Below, piece by piece: positions 57,986-64,000 of a stretch of 64,000 bases of DNA (within the stretch, counting starts at the first letter, position 1; each line of letters opens with the position of its first letter). The stretch lies in assembly GCA_963676835.2 (NCBI GenBank), contig CAXXFF010000003.1, positions 672,001 to 736,000 on the forward strand, written 5' to 3'. Under the pieces are notes generated by a model. The model was not told where the DNA came from. It searched no databases and saw only the letters and a list, made by a program, of their open reading frames with translations. This stretch comes from Marispirochaeta sp. (GTDB lineage: Bacteria > Spirochaetota > Spirochaetia > JC444 > Marispirochaetaceae). The position numbers were made by a program, and so were the translations under genes.

Positions 57986-58903
57986 ATGCCCTTGAATATT
58001 CCCGACAAACTGCCTGCTTTTGAAGTCTTAACCGGTGAGAACATTTTTGTTATGTCCCACAGCCGGGCCATGCAGCAGGATATACGCCCCCTGAAAATCG
58101 GGATACTCAACCTTATGCCCCTTAAAATAGAAACAGAGGTGCATCTGCTCAGACTGCTGGGAAACACTCCCCTCCAGGTGGAAGTCGACCTGCTGCATAC
58201 AGCAACCTACCGCTCAAAACACACCCCCGACAGTCATCTGGATGCCTTCTATACCACCTTTGAAGACATCCGGAATAAAAACTACGACGGCTTTATTATT
58301 ACCGGAGCCCCGGTGGAGCAGATGGAGTTTGAAGACGTGGCATACTGGGATGAGCTGACCACCATTATGGACTGGACCCGAACCCATGTAACCAGCACCC
58401 TCCACATCTGCTGGGCGGCTCAGGCCGGTCTCTACTATAAATACAAGGTTCCCAAATATCCCCTGGACCGCAAGATGTTCGGGATCTTCTCCCATACCAT
58501 TCTCGAACCCCAGACGGCCCTGGTACGGGGTTTTGACGATGATTTTCTGGCACCCCACTCCCGGCACACGGAAATCCGCAGGGAGGATGTTCTTGCGGTT
58601 AAGGAACTGAAGCTGATTTCAGAATCGGAAGATGCCGGGGTTTTTATGGTTACCAACGGCGACGGCCGGGAGATATTTGTTACGGGCCATATGGAATATG
58701 ACCCCCTTACCTTAAAGAACGAATATATGCGGGACAAAAACAAAGGACTGGAAATCAGTCCTCCGGAGAACTACTTTCCCGAAGGAGATGAAAACAGCCA
58801 CCCAGTGGTCCGCTGGCGCAGTCATGCGAATCTGCTGTTTTCAAACTGGCTCAACTATTACGTTTATCAGATGACACCCTATCATCTTGAAGAAATTCAC
58901 TGA
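57986..58903 (+). CDS. metA: Homoserine O-acyltransferase MetA (GAPVE suggests acetyltransferase)
   Basis: [45 protein letters not shown]. Confidence 0.95.
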   Translation: MPLNIPDKLPAFEVLTGENIFVMSHSRAMQQDIRPLKIGILNLMPLKIETEVHLLRLLGNTPLQVEVDLLHTATYRSKHTPDSHLDAFYTTFEDIRNKNYDGFIITGAPVEQMEFEDVAYWDELTTIMDWTRTHVTSTLHICWAAQAGLYYKYKVPKYPLDRKMFGIFSHTILEPQTALVRGFDDDFLAPHSRHTEIRREDVLAVKELKLISESEDAGVFMVTNGDGREIFVTGHMEYDPLTLKNEYMRDKNKGLEISPPENYFPEGDENSHPVVRWRSHANLLFSNWLNYYVYQMTPYHLEEIH

Positions 58904-61900
58904 GCGGGGGCCAGACAGAAAATTCCTTCAGCGCCTGCATAAAGGGCGAAAAAGCAGCCTCAACGGCGGCTTCATCACCCTTCCGGGCGGCTTTTTCAAG
59001 GGCAAGAGCTGTTATGTGGAGTGGATCTGCAAACAGATTTGCTGATCCGCCCTTTATGGAATGAACCTCCCGGTGAAGGGTAACCCAGTCCCCGGCCTTC
59101 ATGGCCTCTTCTATTACCAGCCGCTGTTCATTCAGGGCTTCAAGAAATCCACCGACAAGGGTTCGGGCAAGTGCAGAGTCGCCGTCAACTTCAGCAAGCA
59201 GGGCTTCTGCATCGAAGACTGGACTTTTTCTGTTTTTATCGTGTTTGTCATTTTGATATTCTTTACCATTGGTATCCGTTTCTTCCTGTGCAGAGCTCTT
59301 CCCTTTAACCAGCCTCTCTTCAATCAGGTTTTCTGCTTCCTTAAGATCCGGCAGGGTTTCGACAGCAGTATCGGAAGAGGCTATAACAGATGATGGAAGA
59401 AGATCTGCGATAACCTTGTAGAGAGCTGTTTTTCTCAAGGGTTTAACCAGGACTTCATTCATACCGCTTTCATGGCAGCGGCGGATATCCCGTTTAAAGG
59501 CATTGGCAGTTACCCCGACAATGGGAACAGAAACAAGTCCGCTCTCTTCTTCATAAATACGGATTGCTTCCGTGGCTTCATACCCGTTCTTTTCGGGCAT
59601 ATGAACATCCATAAAAATAAGATCCGGGTGCTCTGCAGAATATAGTCCCGCAGCAGATGCTCCATCGGCGGCAAAAATAAGCACTGCGCCGGTGGGCTTC
59701 AGCATTATCTGCATAACCTCCGCATTGGGGCGGTAGTCTTCCGCAATAAGTATGCGTTTTCCCCGAAGATCCGGCAGTCCGGAATATTCCTCAACAGCAG
59801 AAGGAAGTACTCCGCTTCCCTGGGGATCACCATATGCCATGTACAGATCAAACCAGAAGCTGGTTCCGCTTCCCGGCGAACTTTCGAAACTGATGGAGCC
59901 GTCCATCAGCTCCACCAGCTGCCTCGCTATGGTGGTTCCAAGGCCGGTACCGCCATAACGGCGGTTATCTCCTGTGTCCGCCTGAAAAAAGCTGTCGAAT
60001 ATACGCGTCTGCAGCTTTTCGGGAATGCCTATACCGGTATCCCTGACCAGAAAACGAATTAAGCCGCCGTCTTTATCGGAGTGGAGGGTTTCCGCCGACA
60101 GACAGACCTCGCCCTCATCGGTAAATTTCAGTGCATTGCTGATGAGATTGTTCAGCACCTGACGGATCCGCAAGGCGTCACCGCTTACATAGGCAGGAAG
60201 ATTATCCGTTAGGCTAAGATAGAGCCGAAGATCTTTCCGGTCTGCCGATTCCCGGTGAGACTGGAGTACCGAATCCAGGAGCCCTCCCAGATGAAACAGC
60301 TCCATTTGGGGCTTGAGTTTTCCCGCTTCTATTTTGGAAAAATCGAGCACCTGATTTATCAGGTCGAGAAGGCTTCCCGATTCATTCAGGATCATTCTGC
60401 TGTAATGCTGTCCGGCGGCAAGGTTCTCCGCCTCCTCTGCTGCTTCTGCAAAGCCGATGATGCAGTTGAGGGGAGTCCGCATCTCGTGACTCATCCTGGC
60501 TATAAAAGATGCGCGTGCATGTTCCGCAGCCCTGGCCTGTTCCAGGGCATTATGCAGCTCCGTGACATCATGTCCGAAGGAAATTATCTCCTGTATCTCT
60601 CCGGTTTCATCCTGCACAGGAAGCAGTGAATTATCGATAAAGTACTCCCCGCCCCGGCGGTTGCGGCACTTGATCAGACCGGACAACCTGCGTAATGAAG
60701 AGGGAATAGCCGCATCCATAAATTGAGAGTCCCCATTACTTACGGGACGCATAATATCAGCGAGATTCCGGCCAATTGAGTCATTGAAATCGATGGAAAA
60801 CCGTTCACGGAAATGGTCATTCATGTAGATGAGGTTTCCATCCTTGTCGGTTTTTGCCACCAGAGAGCTGGCATCCATGGCCTGCCGGTATGCCTCAAGA
60901 AACTGGCTGGCAGTATAGAGTCTGCGCTGCTGCTCCCGTTCTTCCGTCCGGTTACGCACAACCAGAAGAACCTCAGTCTCACCGGATTTTACAAAGCGGA
61001 ACTCATAAAAAAATCCCCGCCGCCCTTCATTGCGGTATTCAAACCAGGTTTCCCGCTCGAGGTCCAGCACAATATTACGGTAGTAGCGGATCTTATAACT
61101 CAAATCGTCTGCAAAAGCCTCTGCAAGTTCCGTGGGAAAATCCTGGGTCTGCAGGATCCGGTTGGTGTAGGGATGAAGCTGTACAGGGTGCAGGAGTTCA
61201 TCTTCATCGATCCTGAAAATTGAGTCCGGCAGTGTTCTGAGAATAGCCGACTGGAACTCAAGGCTTTTAATCAGCTTCCCCTCTGCCTCCTCCTTGCGCA
61301 GAAAGCCCCGGTTAATAAGGAGAGCTACCGGGATCAGCAGCAGGGCAGAGAGCATAAACCAGAGTACATACCCGCCCAGGCGGTTTTCGATAAGATGCTC
61401 TTCGACACTTGCGGGAAGAACCGAGATAAGATGGTAGATATCGCTGATAATGCGCATATCAGTACCACTGGTGTTCAGATTGATTCGTCCGCTGCTCACC
61501 AGGATATTATTGATCCATTGAGACTGGATTGCAGAACCCGAATCCATCACCTTCTGTAGAATTTGCGGCGAGGGAAGTGTTTCAGCCGAACCGTGAAGGC
61601 TGATTATCTGGCCTTCGGAGGTGGCAAAGTAATGATAGTAGGGGTCGTCCCGGCCACCGGGAAACATCATTGCCGTAAGGACAGTAATATCCACGGTAAC
61701 CCGTACCAGAGAAGCCATGCCGCCCTCTTTTTCTGCAGCTCGTGACCATATTTCAAGTACCGGCGGAACAGGTTCTGTCCAGAGAGCAGCTGTACTGATA
61801 AATTTACTCTCCAGCAGAATATTATTCTCTCCAAGGAGCGAAAGACGCTGCAGGAGCGAGGCATTCAGGGGTTCACCGACTCCCATGGACCGCAGTCCTC

Positions 61901-62243
61901 CGGGGAAATGAAGAACCGGGATTCCCCGGGGGTTATAAACCGTAACCGAACGGTACTGAGGTTTACTCCGCAGAAGGAGGTCAAAAGAAAGGGACAGGTC
62001 TTCGGAAACATCCCCAAGCGACCGGGAGACAAAGAGAGTATCACCGGCTATGTCCCTGAAGAACCTGCTGATAATGCTTTGCTGGTATTTCATCCGGTTG
62101 GTTATGGATGAGAGCTGAAAATCGCGGTATGACATATACCGGCTTACATGGAGGCTTACAATTATAACGAGAGCAACAGCAAGAAGACCAAGGTAAAGAG
62201 GAACAAGAAACTGTTTACGGGTGTCCCTGCTCTGACTATTCAC
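58851..62243 (-). CDS. Membrane hybrid histidine kinase (PAS, HisKA, HATPase, REC, HPt)
   Basis: [42 protein letters not shown]. Confidence 0.95.
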   Translation of the reverse strand: MNSQSRDTRKQFLVPLYLGLLAVALVIIVSLHVSRYMSYRDFQLSSITNRMKYQQSIISRFFRDIAGDTLFVSRSLGDVSEDLSLSFDLLLRSKPQYRSVTVYNPRGIPVLHFPGGLRSMGVGEPLNASLLQRLSLLGENNILLESKFISTAALWTEPVPPVLEIWSRAAEKEGGMASLVRVTVDITVLTAMMFPGGRDDPYYHYFATSEGQIISLHGSAETLPSPQILQKVMDSGSAIQSQWINNILVSSGRINLNTSGTDMRIISDIYHLISVLPASVEEHLIENRLGGYVLWFMLSALLLIPVALLINRGFLRKEEAEGKLIKSLEFQSAILRTLPDSIFRIDEDELLHPVQLHPYTNRILQTQDFPTELAEAFADDLSYKIRYYRNIVLDLERETWFEYRNEGRRGFFYEFRFVKSGETEVLLVVRNRTEEREQQRRLYTASQFLEAYRQAMDASSLVAKTDKDGNLIYMNDHFRERFSIDFNDSIGRNLADIMRPVSNGDSQFMDAAIPSSLRRLSGLIKCRNRRGGEYFIDNSLLPVQDETGEIQEIISFGHDVTELHNALEQARAAEHARASFIARMSHEMRTPLNCIIGFAEAAEEAENLAAGQHYSRMILNESGSLLDLINQVLDFSKIEAGKLKPQMELFHLGGLLDSVLQSHRESADRKDLRLYLSLTDNLPAYVSGDALRIRQVLNNLISNALKFTDEGEVCLSAETLHSDKDGGLIRFLVRDTGIGIPEKLQTRIFDSFFQADTGDNRRYGGTGLGTTIARQLVELMDGSISFESSPGSGTSFWFDLYMAYGDPQGSGVLPSAVEEYSGLPDLRGKRILIAEDYRPNAEVMQIMLKPTGAVLIFAADGASAAGLYSAEHPDLIFMDVHMPEKNGYEATEAIRIYEEESGLVSVPIVGVTANAFKRDIRRCHESGMNEVLVKPLRKTALYKVIADLLPSSVIASSDTAVETLPDLKEAENLIEERLVKGKSSAQEETDTNGKEYQNDKHDKNRKSPVFDAEALLAEVDGDSALARTLVGGFLEALNEQRLVIEEAMKAGDWVTLHREVHSIKGGSANLFADPLHITALALEKAARKGDEAAVEAAFSPFMQALKEFSVWPPLSEFLQDDRVSSDKRNS

Positions 62244-63489
62244 CCTGACCGCTGCCCTTATAGGCTGACAGAAATGCAGATGCAGTCTCTATCTCTGATT
62301 TTGATATATCTCCGGATACCATGAGCTGTGTAAAGATGGACTCATACACCTGCTTCACGTTTTTCCAATCCTTGAATTCTGCTGGAATCGCCGAGATTTC
62401 CGCCTCTTCCAGCACAGTCAGACCTTTAAGTATAACCTGATCCAGGGGATCGGAACCGATCAGGGCCCGGGCTTCCTCCACGGTGGGAATAAACCCGCCC
62501 ACACCACGGGATATTTCAACCTGAATCTCCGGACGGGAGAGAAACTCCAGAAACATCACCGCTTCATCGGTATGAGGTGAAGATAAGGGGATACCCGCTC
62601 CGGAAATTCCGGCAATACTTCCCATACCGGCACTGCCTGAGGGAGCCAGAAACAGTTCAAAATCTTCCGGAGCCTGCATAACAACACTGCCGATACGGGC
62701 ACAGTGGGCAAAGGCAAACCATGCCTCGCCTGAAAGCAGGGGCTGAATAACCGAATCAAAACTTCCGGAATCCGGATGAACAGAAGCCTTCAGCTTCTGC
62801 ATCAGCGCCAGTCCGTTATATGCCCCTTCGGAAGAAAGATCCGGAAATCCTCCCCCATAGGAACGGATTATTCCACCCATAAAATAGGTAAGACTCTTGC
62901 CGGGAACCCCGGTTAAGGCCAAAAGACCTCGACCTTCCTGCGCTGAAGCACTGCCCATCCATTGAGCAGCCTCTTCCCAGCTGAGACGGCCTTCGGAACT
63001 GGAAAAATTGCGGTATTTTGCGGCATTCTTCGATGCGATAAAGAGATAAACATCGCTGTTTACGGGCAGAAAATAGTTCCAGCACAAATCATTGCAGTCG
63101 AATTTCCCGAAAGAGTTATAGCTGCGTCCGGTATACAGCTGTTTATGGGCGGATAAATCAAGAAAATCTACAGAAGATGAGGTCTGTTTTAATCTGTTTC
63201 CATACAGGATCAGAATATCCGCACCTTTTCCACCATCTCTGTCGATCAAGGCATTAATGGCATCGTCCGAGTAGAATGAGAAATTGACATTTATTCCCGT
63301 CTCGTCAACAAAGCGGGGTATAATTTTATCACGGATAAATCCCTGCTCCCGGAGGGGCGTCCAGAGGCGGGAGTAGACCTGTAAAGTAATCTTCTGATCA
63401 TGCCGACTTTTAGAACAGCTGAAAAGAAGAAAAATCATGAGTATCATGAACAAAATCAGCAGATGGCGGGTTGCTCCGCGTCGTGACAA
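62236..63489 (-). CDS. Extracellular solute-binding lipoprotein (sugar-binding family 1-like)
   Basis: Lipobox LLFSC, FVDETGINVNF, EAVMFLEFLSRPE; AGGAG RBS; overlaps the kinase start by 8 bp. Confidence 0.82.
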   Translation of the reverse strand: MSRRGATRHLLILFMILMIFLLFSCSKSRHDQKITLQVYSRLWTPLREQGFIRDKIIPRFVDETGINVNFSFYSDDAINALIDRDGGKGADILILYGNRLKQTSSSVDFLDLSAHKQLYTGRSYNSFGKFDCNDLCWNYFLPVNSDVYLFIASKNAAKYRNFSSSEGRLSWEEAAQWMGSASAQEGRGLLALTGVPGKSLTYFMGGIIRSYGGGFPDLSSEGAYNGLALMQKLKASVHPDSGSFDSVIQPLLSGEAWFAFAHCARIGSVVMQAPEDFELFLAPSGSAGMGSIAGISGAGIPLSSPHTDEAVMFLEFLSRPEIQVEISRGVGGFIPTVEEARALIGSDPLDQVILKGLTVLEEAEISAIPAEFKDWKNVKQVYESIFTQLMVSGDISKSEIETASAFLSAYKGSGQGE

Positions 63490-63559
63490 AATATGCTCCT
63501 GACTGGTCTATGAGTCAAATTGTAGCAGATTCCCGGGAGTACAAGCAATGGGAGGGAAT

Positions 63560-64000
63560 ATGCGTAAAAGATCTCTTGCGGTAGGATCCGGAAAGGGCGG
63601 TGTAGGAAAAACCACCACAGCGGTTAACCTGGCAATCTATTTTGCAAAACAGGGATATTCTACTGCCCTCATAGATGTGGATCCCCTCTCAAACGCTGCC
63701 TCCCTGCTGGATATAGACGAGAACTATCGGGGTGAATCCCTTGATGCCGATGCCGGACTGGATGACTTTGTTCTGCCGGTTTTTAATAATCTCGATCTGC
63801 TTTTTCCCGGAAATAAAACCGGCCGCAGAGATTCCGCCCTGCTGCGTAAGCTTATCTTTGAGACCTACCATGACGCCTTAAACGGCGCCTACGACATTTT
63901 TATCTTTGACCTTCCCGCAGGACTGGATACAGAGGAGAACCTTTCCTTTCTGCCCCACATCGATAATCTGATCGTTGTAACCAACCCGGAGCCCACTGCT
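63560..64000 (+). CDS. MinD/FlhG/ParA-family P-loop ATPase, 5' part (runs off the window)
   Basis: [25 protein letters not shown]...IDVDP...IFDLPAG; GGAGG RBS; absent from the ORF track because there is no stop in the window. Confidence 0.88.
   Translation, partial: MRKRSLAVGSGKGGVGKTTTAVNLAIYFAKQGYSTALIDVDPLSNAASLLDIDENYRGESLDADAGLDDFVLPVFNNLDLLFPGNKTGRRDSALLRKLIFETYHDALNGAYDIFIFDLPAGLDTEENLSFLPHIDNLIVVTNPEPTA

Overview
Bacterial chromosomal window, most likely from a free-living spirochaete (inferred from the long PPi-dependent PFK, AsnRS and gene context; not verified). The left ~19 kb is an accessory polymorphic-toxin locus on the minus strand. A TPR protein, a predicted outer-membrane beta-barrel protein and two lipoproteins lie directly upstream of a 3356-aa signal-peptide-bearing toxin (ZU5-like / SpvB(TcB) / FG-GAP / YD-Rhs core). 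Its 201-aa C-terminal domain carries an L,D-transpeptidase-like H-x16-S-x-G-C motif. Downstream are two exported paralogous candidate immunity genes and an orphan rhs cassette interrupted by an intact IS66, which has an anomalous 46-bp flanking direct repeat. No TcA, VgrG, PAAR or other secretion genes occur in the window. Further right are an MCP, a split chromate transporter, a KilA-N gene, a VapBC-type TA islet bracketed by a ~205-bp duplication of a NUDIX gene 3' end, and a TRAP/FadR/URO-D-like module. The remainder is mostly housekeeping: DAHP synthase, NagZ-like GH3, acyl-CoA ligase, asnS, SLC12-like transporter, nifS-nifU, manA, pfp, dCMP deaminase, YhbY, LMW-PTP plus fructosamine kinase, Bpt/ATE, metA, SBP plus hybrid histidine kinase, and a truncated MinD/FlhG-like ATPase. 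No rRNA, tRNA or CRISPR array was recognised. All domain calls are from motif recognition by eye, not database searches.
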